DNA of 64,000 bases from an uncultured Acidimicrobiia bacterium (lineage in GTDB: Bacteria; Actinomycetota; Acidimicrobiia; Spongiisociales; ZC4RG35). Each line of letters begins with the position of its first letter. Position 1 is the first letter of the stretch. A program made the position numbers and the translations under genes. The notes beneath the pieces were generated by a model that saw only the letters and a program-made list of their open reading frames with translations, made no database searches and had not been told where the DNA came from. This document shows, piece after piece, positions 29,889 through 37,598 of this stretch. The DNA lies in assembly GCA_963761985.1 (NCBI GenBank), contig CAVXIT010000003.1, forward strand, positions 204,105 to 268,104. The letters run 5' to 3'.

Positions 29889-30188
29889 ATGGCAGTAAAG
29901 ATGAGGCTGATTCGGATCGGGAAGAAGAAGCAGCCCGTCTATCGCGTCGTGGTGATTGACGGACGGTCCCCTCGAGATGGGAGATATCTCGATCAGATCG
30001 GACGCTACGACCCTCGCCAGGAGCCGTCGTTGATCGAGATCGACAACGACAAAGCGGTTCAATGGATGCAGAACGGCGCCCAACCCACGGATCGGGTCAG
30101 AAAGCTGCTCGAGGTCTCTGGCGCCATGTCGAGGCTCAAGGCAGCGACGGGTCAGGCGCACACTGTCGGGCAGAAAGCCGAGCAGTAA
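29889..30188 (+). CDS. rpsP: 30S ribosomal protein S16
   Basis: [22 protein letters not shown]…. Confidence 0.9.
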   Translation: MAVKMRLIRIGKKKQPVYRVVVIDGRSPRDGRYLDQIGRYDPRQEPSLIEIDNDKAVQWMQNGAQPTDRVRKLLEVSGAMSRLKAATGQAHTVGQKAEQ

Positions 30189-30191
30189 CAC

Positions 30192-30443
30192 ATGGCCAAA
30201 GGCGACATTGTCAAGAACGTTCTTACCTACGTCGTGGAACAGATCGTCGACGATCCTTCCCAGGTGCAGGTGAGCATCATCGAGCAAGGTCCCGACGATG
30301 TTCTCGCCGAGGTCCGGACCGGGCCGGGCGACATGGGCCGGGTGATCGGTCGCCGCGGCAGAACCGCTCGCTCGATCAGGACCGTGGCGCAAGCCGCGGC
30401 CGACGAGGAAGGCATCAACGCCTCCGTCGAGTTCGAAGACTGA
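30192..30443 (+). CDS. KH-domain RNA-binding protein (UPF0109/YlqC-like)
   Basis: …[15 protein letters not shown]…, the KH GxxG loop. Conserved position after rpsP. Confidence 0.8.
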   Translation: MAKGDIVKNVLTYVVEQIVDDPSQVQVSIIEQGPDDVLAEVRTGPGDMGRVIGRRGRTARSIRTVAQAAADEEGINASVEFED

Positions 30444-30454
30444 GCGACACAGTT

Positions 30455-30946
30455 TTGGTGGGGACGGTTGTCCGCCCCCACGGGCTTCAGGGCGAGGTTC
30501 TGGTCTACTCGCACAGCGATTCAGCCGATCGCTTTCGCCGCGGTCAGGTTCTTTTCGCCGACACCGGCCAGGAGTTCACCGTTGCCACCTGCCGGGCAAC
30601 CGCGAATGGACTCATTGTCCGCTTCGAAGAGATCTCGGATCGAAACGCCTCCGAAGCCCTGGGCAAGATTGATCTATTCATCGATGCGACCGCGCGCCGC
30701 TCGCTCGGCGACGACGAGTACTGGCCGGATGAACTAATCGGCCTCGAAGTTCGGAGTGAGACCGGGGACCGCCTCGGAACTGTCACCAATGTTGATGATT
30801 CGACTCCGCAAACGCGCTTGGTTGTCGCCACTACCTCCGGCGAGCGTCTCATACCGCTCGTCAATGACCTGGTACCGGAAATCCAGGTCAGAGAAGGATT
30901 TCTGGTGTTGCGGAAAGTCCCCGGCCTGCTCGACGACGACCTTTGA
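30455..30946 (+). CDS. rimM: Ribosome maturation factor RimM
   Basis: LVGTVVRPHGLQGEV… PRC-barrel C-terminus. A TTG or GTG start at 30455/30458. Confidence 0.8.
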   Translation: MVGTVVRPHGLQGEVLVYSHSDSADRFRRGQVLFADTGQEFTVATCRATANGLIVRFEEISDRNASEALGKIDLFIDATARRSLGDDEYWPDELIGLEVRSETGDRLGTVTNVDDSTPQTRLVVATTSGERLIPLVNDLVPEIQVREGFLVLRKVPGLLDDDL

Positions 30947-30957
30947 GAATCAGACTG

Positions 30958-31827
30958 CTAGTACTCGATGTCGAGGACCAGGCCGCGATCGGAGCCATCC
31001 TGGGCCGATTGCTCGCCGACGAAGAGCTCAGCCGGACCCGAACCCTCGGGTGAGATCTCGACTTCGAACTGGCCCCAGGTTTCGACCCAGTCCGCCGCCG
31101 TGGTGAAGTCTTCGACGACCACCGTTCCATCCTGGGTGAGCCGCACGATCGTGTTCGCTTCGAAGTTGCGGGAATAGCCCGACACGATGATCGGCCCGTC
31201 GACCTCACCCGGTGCCGGGGTGACGACGACAACGTTGTCGGCGAACGACGCAACCGCCTCGTACTCCGGCCCGCCCGGCTCGAAAGTGACCTCGAGTTCA
31301 CCCGACCCTTCGGTTGTCCCGATGGCCGCAACCGCGGGGGCAGAAAGGTGAAAGTCGACGAAGAGCGTTCGATCGGCCTCGCGCACTACGTAGATGCGGT
31401 CGACCAAGCCACTCTGCACCAGTTGGTCGGTCACGGCGGTCACCTCGACGTCAAGAGAAATCCGCAAAATCGCGTTCGAACGGATGAATTCTCCCGATGC
31501 GCCCGGCGCAGACGTGGCCGGGGCACCTTCGGCGCTGGTGAAGGCGAGCGTGAACCGCTCACAGTCCGGGTTGGTGTCCCAGGTGATAGAGGCGAGCTGC
31601 TCGGCGTCTGTTTCTGCGTTGGCGAGGGTGCCAACCGATCCTTCTTCGGTCCCTTCGACACCACAACCGCCCGAAGCGGCAGTCGTCGAAGGCGATGCCT
31701 CGGTGGTCGTCGCGGCGAGCGTCGTGGTCGATGCAATGGTCGTCGGAGGTGAAGCAGTGGTGGTCGTCGCGCCGCTCTGGGTGCAGGCCGCGACCAGGGC
31801 CACGAAAAGGACTAGGAGGCGTTTCAT
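30958..31827 (-). CDS. Secreted lipoprotein: lipobox signal peptide, a Thr/Ser/Pro-rich linker and a C-terminal Gmad2-type Ig-like domain
   Basis: MKRLLVLFVALVAAC (lipobox LVAAC), then TTTTASPPTTIASTTTLAATTTE…, and a C-terminus IIVSGYSRNFEANTIVRLTQDGTVVVEDFTTAADWVETWGQFEVEISP. Confidence 0.6.
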   Translation of the reverse strand: MKRLLVLFVALVAACTQSGATTTTASPPTTIASTTTLAATTTEASPSTTAASGGCGVEGTEEGSVGTLANAETDAEQLASITWDTNPDCERFTLAFTSAEGAPATSAPGASGEFIRSNAILRISLDVEVTAVTDQLVQSGLVDRIYVVREADRTLFVDFHLSAPAVAAIGTTEGSGELEVTFEPGGPEYEAVASFADNVVVVTPAPGEVDGPIIVSGYSRNFEANTIVRLTQDGTVVVEDFTTAADWVETWGQFEVEISPEGSGPAELFVGEQSAQDGSDRGLVLDIEY

Positions 31828-31893
31828 GCTGTGGGTGAGACGCAGGTTACCGTTGAGGGGTTCCGAGCCCCCGAATGGAATAGCTGGAGGCAC

Positions 31894-33054
31894 ATGGGTA
31901 CTCCTGTCATAGTCGAAACCGCGCGGACACCGATCGGCCGCGCCTATAAGGGATCGCTGATCGACGTCCGGGCCGACGATCTCGGCGGCATGGCCATTGC
32001 GGGGCTCCTCGAGCGGGTCCCGGGCCTGGATGCGGCGACGGTCGAGGATGTGATGGTGGGCTGCGGTCTGACCCACCACGAACAGGGGTTCAACGTTGGA
32101 CGCATCGTCAGCCTGTTGGGTGGTCTGCCCGAAACTGTCCCTGGCACCACCGTCAATCGTTTCTGTGCCTCGAGCCTGCAAACGATCCGGATGGCTGCGC
32201 ACGCTATTTGGGTGGGCGAAGGGTCGACGTTCGTCGCCGCAGGTGTCGAGTCGATCACCCGTTGCTATGGCAAAGGATTCGACTCCGACGACCTGAACCC
32301 GCGATTCATCGACGAGTCGCGCGCCGATTTCATCAACCAGGTGTATATCCCGATGGGCATGACCGCCGAGAACGTGGCCGAGAAGTATGGGATCACTCGT
32401 GAACGCATGGACGAGTTCGCCAAACGATCCCAGGACCGCGCGGTCGAAGCACAGAAGAACGGATTCTTCGACCGGGAGATCGTTGGGGTGACGATTCCCG
32501 ACGGCAGGCTCATCACCCAGGACGACGGCCCGCGACCAAACACGACGATCGAAAAGCTGTCTTCACTCGAGCCGGCCTTCGTTCCCGGGGGAAAGGTGAC
32601 CGCCGGAAATTCCTGCCCGCTCAACGATGGAGCCGCCGCGGTGCTGGTCATGGATGAGGAAACCGCACGAGCAGCCGGGCTCACGCCGCGCGCCCGCATT
32701 CTGGCCTCGTCGGTTTCGGGGATTGCTCCCGAATACATGGGAGTGGGACCCATCGACGCAATCGGCAAAGTCCTCGAGCGAGCGGGGATGAAGATCGGCG
32801 ACGTAGACCTGGTCGAGTTGAACGAAGCATTCGCCGCTCAGGTATTGGCCGTGGTCGACACGGTCGGCATCGATGAGGACAGGCTCAACGTTCATGGGGG
32901 AGCGATTGCACTCGGACATCCGTTTGGCATGACCGGGGCTCGCATCATGGGAACGCTTCTCAACGGCCTCGAGACGCTCGACAGGAGCGTTGGGCTCGAG
33001 ACTATGTGCGTGGGCGGCGGGCAGGGCATGGCGATGCTCGTTGAACGAATCTGA
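31894..33054 (+). CDS. Acetyl-CoA C-acetyltransferase (thiolase)
   Basis: GGAGG 5 nt upstream of the ATG. …VNRFCASSLQ… (active-site Cys)…NEAFAAQ…GHPFGMTGAR…CVGGGQG. Confidence 0.85.
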   Translation: MGTPVIVETARTPIGRAYKGSLIDVRADDLGGMAIAGLLERVPGLDAATVEDVMVGCGLTHHEQGFNVGRIVSLLGGLPETVPGTTVNRFCASSLQTIRMAAHAIWVGEGSTFVAAGVESITRCYGKGFDSDDLNPRFIDESRADFINQVYIPMGMTAENVAEKYGITRERMDEFAKRSQDRAVEAQKNGFFDREIVGVTIPDGRLITQDDGPRPNTTIEKLSSLEPAFVPGGKVTAGNSCPLNDGAAAVLVMDEETARAAGLTPRARILASSVSGIAPEYMGVGPIDAIGKVLERAGMKIGDVDLVELNEAFAAQVLAVVDTVGIDEDRLNVHGGAIALGHPFGMTGARIMGTLLNGLETLDRSVGLETMCVGGGQGMAMLVERI

Positions 33055-33112
33055 AACCTCTCTAACCGTCCGTCGGATCGCCGGCGGTGCCCGCCTAATC
33101 GGACTGGGCTGG

Positions 33113-34117
33113 ATGCTGACGCTCGTACTGGTGGCACTGGCGCGCGCAGGGCTTGAGCGACCCGCGGTGGGCTGGCTGCTGGTCGGGTGCGCGTCTTTGT
33201 GGCTTTTGATCACTGCGCTTGACCAAATCCGTCCGCGTGAGATCGATCCACTCTGGATCACAGTCGGCGACACTGCGCTGGCGGCGTTTGCGCTGCTGGC
33301 ACCCGAACTTGCCGGGACTGACGACCTTTTCTATGGAGGCTTCCCGGGTATTGCCGTCGCGGCCGCGGCGGCTGGACGCCGCATGAGAGGCTGGGTGGTG
33401 GCGGCTGCACTTTCGGCCGTCACGGTGGCCCGGTTCGAAATCGCCGATCTGGGCGGTGTGCTCGCACGGCTTTCGGCCCTGGTGACCTACGGCATGCTCG
33501 CCGCAATCGTCGGCTGGGCAGTTCATGTGCTTTATCGCACCGACGACGCTCGACGCCGGGCGGAAGAGGCGCGGGCCCGTGCGGAGGAAAGAGCCGAGAT
33601 GGCTACGCACGTGCATGACTCGGTGTTGCAAACACTGGCTCTCATGCAACGGGAGGCAAACGATCGTGGCCGCGTGATCAGTCTCGCTCGCAGACAGGAA
33701 GCAGAGCTGAGGGAGTGGCTCTATGGCGCTACTTCGCACGAAACCGAACAGCTCTCGCGCAGCGTGGCGGAAGCCGCATCCGAGGTCGAAGAGTCATATG
33801 GCATCAAAGTCGAGGTCGTGAGTGTCGGCGAAGCACCGGTGACCGACAACGGGAGGGCATTGGTAGGCGCCGGGCGCGAGGCGATGATTAATGCCGCGAA
33901 ACATTCGGGTGCCGATCAGATAGACGTGTTTCTGGAAGTTGGCAGCACTTTGAAGCTGTTCGTGCGCGACAGGGGGGTTGGCTTCGACCGGTCTCTGGTC
34001 GGACCCGATCGAGCCGGCATCCGGGATTCGATCGAGCGCCGACTGACCCAGCTCGGAGGGACGGTGGCTTGGGCCAACACTGGCGGCACCGAAGTGCGGA
34101 TGGAGATCGCTCCTTAG
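33113..34117 (+). CDS. Sensor histidine kinase, HisKA_3 type, with an N-terminal multi-TM domain and no obvious extracytoplasmic loop. Start uncertain.
   Basis: …ERAEMATHVHDSVLQTLALMQRE… (H-box), then HATPase_c …NAAKHSGA…DRGVGF…. Confidence 0.75.
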   Translation: MLTLVLVALARAGLERPAVGWLLVGCASLWLLITALDQIRPREIDPLWITVGDTALAAFALLAPELAGTDDLFYGGFPGIAVAAAAAGRRMRGWVVAAALSAVTVARFEIADLGGVLARLSALVTYGMLAAIVGWAVHVLYRTDDARRRAEEARARAEERAEMATHVHDSVLQTLALMQREANDRGRVISLARRQEAELREWLYGATSHETEQLSRSVAEAASEVEESYGIKVEVVSVGEAPVTDNGRALVGAGREAMINAAKHSGADQIDVFLEVGSTLKLFVRDRGVGFDRSLVGPDRAGIRDSIERRLTQLGGTVAWANTGGTEVRMEIAP

Positions 34118-34119
34118 GA

Positions 34120-34767
34120 ATGGGCAATTTGAGCAAGATCAGGGTATTTGTTGTCGACGACCACGACCTCTTTCGCGTCGGTGTCCGGCATGGACTCGGT
34201 GAGGCGATCGAGGTTGTGGGAGAGGCTTCGGAAGTCGGACCGGCGGTGGAACTCATCAATGAACGGTTGCCCGACGTCGTTTTGCTGGACGTGCATCTGC
34301 CCGGTGGCGGCGGAAGGTTCGTGATCACCGGTGTCCATAAGAAGCACCCGGAGGTCGCATTCCTCGCCCTATCTGCATCGGATGCTTCCGATGACGTCAT
34401 CGGCGTGGTGCGTGCCGGGGCGAGCGGATACGTGACCAAGGCCATCAGCCCGGAGGAACTGACCGACGCCATCACCCGGGTTGCAGCTGGCGAACCGGTT
34501 TTCAGTCCCCGGTTGGCCGGCTTTGTGCTCGATGCCTTCTCGTCCATTCCCGTGGGCGCGGTCGACGCCGAGCTCGACCTGCTTTCGGATCGGGAGCGAG
34601 AGGTCTTGCAACTGATCGCACGGGGCTACACCTATCGCGAGGTCGGCGATGAGCTGTTCATCTCGATCAAGACGGTCGAGAGCCACGTGTCCTCGGTGTT
34701 GCGAAAACTGCAACTGAGCAATCGGAACGAGCTCACCCGTTGGGCAGTCGAACGCAAGCTCATCTGA
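34120..34767 (+). CDS. NarL/LuxR-family response regulator
   Basis: AGGAA 3 nt upstream of the ATG. VFVVDDHDLFR…LLDVHLPG… plus a C-terminal LuxR HTH (EREVLQLIARGYTYREVGDELFISIKTVESH). Confidence 0.85.
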   Translation: MGNLSKIRVFVVDDHDLFRVGVRHGLGEAIEVVGEASEVGPAVELINERLPDVVLLDVHLPGGGGRFVITGVHKKHPEVAFLALSASDASDDVIGVVRAGASGYVTKAISPEELTDAITRVAAGEPVFSPRLAGFVLDAFSSIPVGAVDAELDLLSDREREVLQLIARGYTYREVGDELFISIKTVESHVSSVLRKLQLSNRNELTRWAVERKLI

Positions 34768-34836
34768 GCCTTTTTCTTTGTTGTGCACGGGCAATCCATT
34801 CGTCGGGGTTCTCCGAATAGCTTCGCTATTAGTGCA

Positions 34837-36188
34837 ATGAAGCCTGTTCGAGTCTTTCTTGTCGTCGTCGTGCTCATGCTGGCGATGAGTTCGGCGGCGG
34901 CTCACCCACTTGGCAATTTCACTACCAACGTGCATCTCGGGCTTGTTGTGGGCCAGGAGGAGCTCTTGGTCCATTTGGTCATCGACCTGGCGGAGATTCC
35001 GACCTTTCGAGAGGAGGTCGGAGACGACTACGAAGCGACCCGATGCGCCGGACACGCAGAGGAAATAGACCTCTCACATGACGGGGCGGCGCTGGACTTG
35101 CGCCTCACCGACACGGCCCTCAGCCTCCCACCTGGTGAAGCGGGCTTGGACACGCTTCGCCTGGAGTGCGACTACGTCGCTCCCTTGAGCTCTCTTTTTG
35201 GCGAACTTTCGATTCACAACCAGGTCTATGAGGATCGCCTGGGCTGGGCCGAGATCGTGGTCGTCGGAGCCGACAGCGACTTGCCTGCTGAAAGCTCATC
35301 GGGGGTTCTGACCAACTACCCGACCGGCGAAGTTTCGGAGGTGAGAACCGGCGTCGCCCAACTGACAGGCGAGGCCGCGGTTGTCGGCTCGAGCGAATCA
35401 CCAACGATCGTCGAGCGAGTTGGCAGCGGACTCAGGGAGGGACCCTGGTTTTTGGCTCTGCTGGCCGCGCTCGGACTCGGGACTGGACACGCCCTCGCCC
35501 CAGGCCACGGGAAGACTCTGATGGCGGCCTATCTGGTTGGAAAGCGCGGGGGAGTGCCGCAGGCGGTGCTGCTCGGACTTACCGTTGCCATTGCCCACAC
35601 CATCGGAGTGGGAGTGCTGGGACTGGTGACTGCTGTCGCGACCTCTCAGTTTCAACCCGAATCGGTTTATCCCTGGCTCTCGGGTCTAGCCGCCGCGATT
35701 GTCACGGTTATCGGGCTCAGCATGCTGTACCGCGCGCTAAGGGACAAGAGGTCAGGGGTGAGGGATCAGGGGTCAGATCACGATCATGGGCACGAGCACA
35801 GTCATGACCACGGACGCTCGCATGATCTGATCATGAGCACGGGCACTCGCATGGTCATGAGCCGGCCACCCTTGGATGGCGGTCGCTGGCGACGCTCGGG
35901 CTAGCAGGAGGGCTCGTTCCTTCGGCCTCGGCCGTGGTCTTGCTGCTCGGGGCCATCAGCCGCGGGGAACCGTGGTGGGGACTGATCTTGGTCCTCGTCT
36001 TCGGGCTGGGCATGGCCGCGACCCTCGTGGCGGCAGGCCTGGCGGTGATATTCGCGACCCGCTTTGGCCTCAAACTCGGCTTTGCCTCCCGTTGGCGTCT
36101 CGAGCGGTACGTTCCCCTGATCGGCGGCGTCGTGGTGACCTTGATCGGCTTCGGACTGCTTCTTCAGGCCGCCCTGACAAGTACCTGA
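34837..36188 (+). CDS. NicO/RcnA-family Ni/Co transporter fused to an N-terminal secreted domain of about 200 aa. A 1-nt deletion near 35826, inside the His-rich loop, shifts the last TM helices (…GWRSLATLGLAGGLVPSASAVVLLLGAISRGEPWWG…) into the ORF 35934..36188.
   Basis: A signal peptide, then AAA|HPLGNF…; LGTGHALAPGHGKTLMAAYLVGKRGG (NicO signature); a His-rich loop DHDHGHEHSHDHGRSHD. Confidence 0.65.
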
Positions 36189-36270
36189 TTAGGTACTTGA
36201 CAACCTGACAGCGATATGACATCATGATGGTGTCAAGACGTAGTCAGACAGGAAAAAGGAGAGAATCGTG
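36178..36270. promoter_or_regulatory. AT-enriched control region. A perfect 9-bp/4-nt-loop hairpin (CAAGTACCT-gatt-AGGTACTTG) spans the transporter stop codon and overlaps a TTGACA -35-like hexamer. It is followed by three direct TGACA repeats, an inverted TGTCA, a 10-bp palindrome CATCATGATG and a strong Shine-Dalgarno sequence.
   Basis: …acaagtacctgattaggtacTTGACAaccTGACAgcgataTGACAtcatgatggTGTCAagacgtagtcagacaggaaaaaggagag…. Confidence 0.45.
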
Positions 36271-36360
36271 ATGCTCATAGATCTAAGGATGGTCGAGGCG
36301 ATTCGCCTACGGCGCTATCCGATCAGACGGCGCGGCGAGCGGCGTACCCCAGTCCGTTAA
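36271..36360 (+). CDS. Small basic ORF (29 aa, Arg-rich) with a strong Shine-Dalgarno sequence. A putative leader or small protein.
   Basis: AAAGGAGAG 5-8 nt upstream. MLIDLRMVEAIRLRRYPIRRRGERRTPVR*. The stop lies 6 nt before the ATG of the next gene. Confidence 0.3.
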   Translation: MLIDLRMVEAIRLRRYPIRRRGERRTPVR

Positions 36361-36366
36361 GCACTG

Positions 36367-36810
36367 ATGCAAACCACAGCCGTGTTGCACAATTTGGAGT
36401 CGAGTATTCAGAACCAGCTGGCCCTGGTGACCGATCCGGCCATCGAGGCGGGAGGGCGAGCGGTTCTGAGCTCACTCCATCCCGCATTGAAAGAGGCGGC
36501 CATGGAAATCGTCACTCAGGCCGCTGACGAGGTTCGAGCTCAGTTGCCAAGCCACACGGTTGAAGTCGTTCTCGCCGATGGCGAGCCCAGCTTGCGCATC
36601 ACCTCAGACGAGGAAAGCGCCCCCCCAGTTGAGGGAGAGTTCGGCGCTCGGATCACTTTGCGACTTCCCGACTCGATCAAAGACATTGTCGAGCGAGCAG
36701 CCTCAGATTCGGGGGACTCGGTCAACGCCTGGGTTGTAAAGACCCTGGCCGGACGCGCCTCAGGCTCCAAGTCGGGCCGGCGCCGGGTAACGGAGACATT
36801 TGATATATGA
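36367..36810 (+). CDS. Hypothetical protein with a C-terminal Arc/MetJ-type ribbon-helix-helix domain
   Basis: C-terminus …ARITLRLPDSIKDIVERAASDSGDSVNAWVVKTL, which matches the Arc-type RHH consensus. The N-terminal roughly 100 aa are unassigned. Confidence 0.5.
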   Translation: MQTTAVLHNLESSIQNQLALVTDPAIEAGGRAVLSSLHPALKEAAMEIVTQAADEVRAQLPSHTVEVVLADGEPSLRITSDEESAPPVEGEFGARITLRLPDSIKDIVERAASDSGDSVNAWVVKTLAGRASGSKSGRRRVTETFDI

Positions 36811-37562
36811 AAGTTTTTGAGATCGAGCCGGGGATCGCCCCCAACATCGAGCTAGGAGTGGCGTCGGGCCGGGCCGACTTCTACCCGGGCCCGGACGGCA
36901 AGGTCGAGGTTGAGGTCACGGGCTCGGGTGCCGAGTTCGTTGTGGTCGAACAAGTCGGCCGGGTCATCAGCATCCGCGAAGAACGCCGCCTCTTCGGGGG
37001 TCGTGCGGTCAACATCCGCATCAGCGCGCCCGCCGGAACCAATCTCGACGCCTCAGTCGCCTCGATGGACCTCTGCTCTCGAGGCGCGGATCTGGGTCGC
37101 GTCACCCTTCATACGGCGTCGGGGAATATCGAACTCGGTTCGGTCGACAGCCTGGTCGCCCGCAGCGCTTCTGGCGATATCAAGATCGAAAGTTGCAAGA
37201 ACAATTGCGAGGTGAGCTCGGCTTCGGGTGATGTCCGCGCTCTCAACGTCGAGGGTGATCTTCTGGTTTCGACGGCGTCAGGCGACATCACCGCCGATAG
37301 GGTTGAGGGACGCTCCGAGGTCAAATCGGCTTCCGGCGACGTGCGTCTCGATTGCTGCCGCGGCGGACAGATCGAGCTCAACTCGATGTCAGGCGACGTG
37401 ACCATCGGCATACCGGCCGGCACGAGGGTCGAAGCTCAAATCGATTCGCTCGCCGGCAGTGTGAGATTTCCCCCCAAACAAAGCGGACCGGAACCCACCC
37501 GCTCTGCCCGACTCAGGGCACGGACCGTTTCCGGAGATATCGAGGTTCGCAGGGTCGACTGA
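36807..37562 (+). CDS. DUF4097-family beta-strand-repeat protein (LiaG-like putative adhesin fold), cytoplasmic
   Basis: ATGA overlap with the upstream gene. Repeated …SGDI/SGDV… units (ASGNIELG, ASGDIKIE, ASGDVRAL, ASGDITAD, ASGDVRLD, SGDVTIG). No signal peptide or TM helix. Confidence 0.7.
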   Translation: MKVFEIEPGIAPNIELGVASGRADFYPGPDGKVEVEVTGSGAEFVVVEQVGRVISIREERRLFGGRAVNIRISAPAGTNLDASVASMDLCSRGADLGRVTLHTASGNIELGSVDSLVARSASGDIKIESCKNNCEVSSASGDVRALNVEGDLLVSTASGDITADRVEGRSEVKSASGDVRLDCCRGGQIELNSMSGDVTIGIPAGTRVEAQIDSLAGSVRFPPKQSGPEPTRSARLRARTVSGDIEVRRVD

Positions 37563-37598
37563 AGAGTTGACTGATCGGGGGTCGGCCATACTCCCGGT

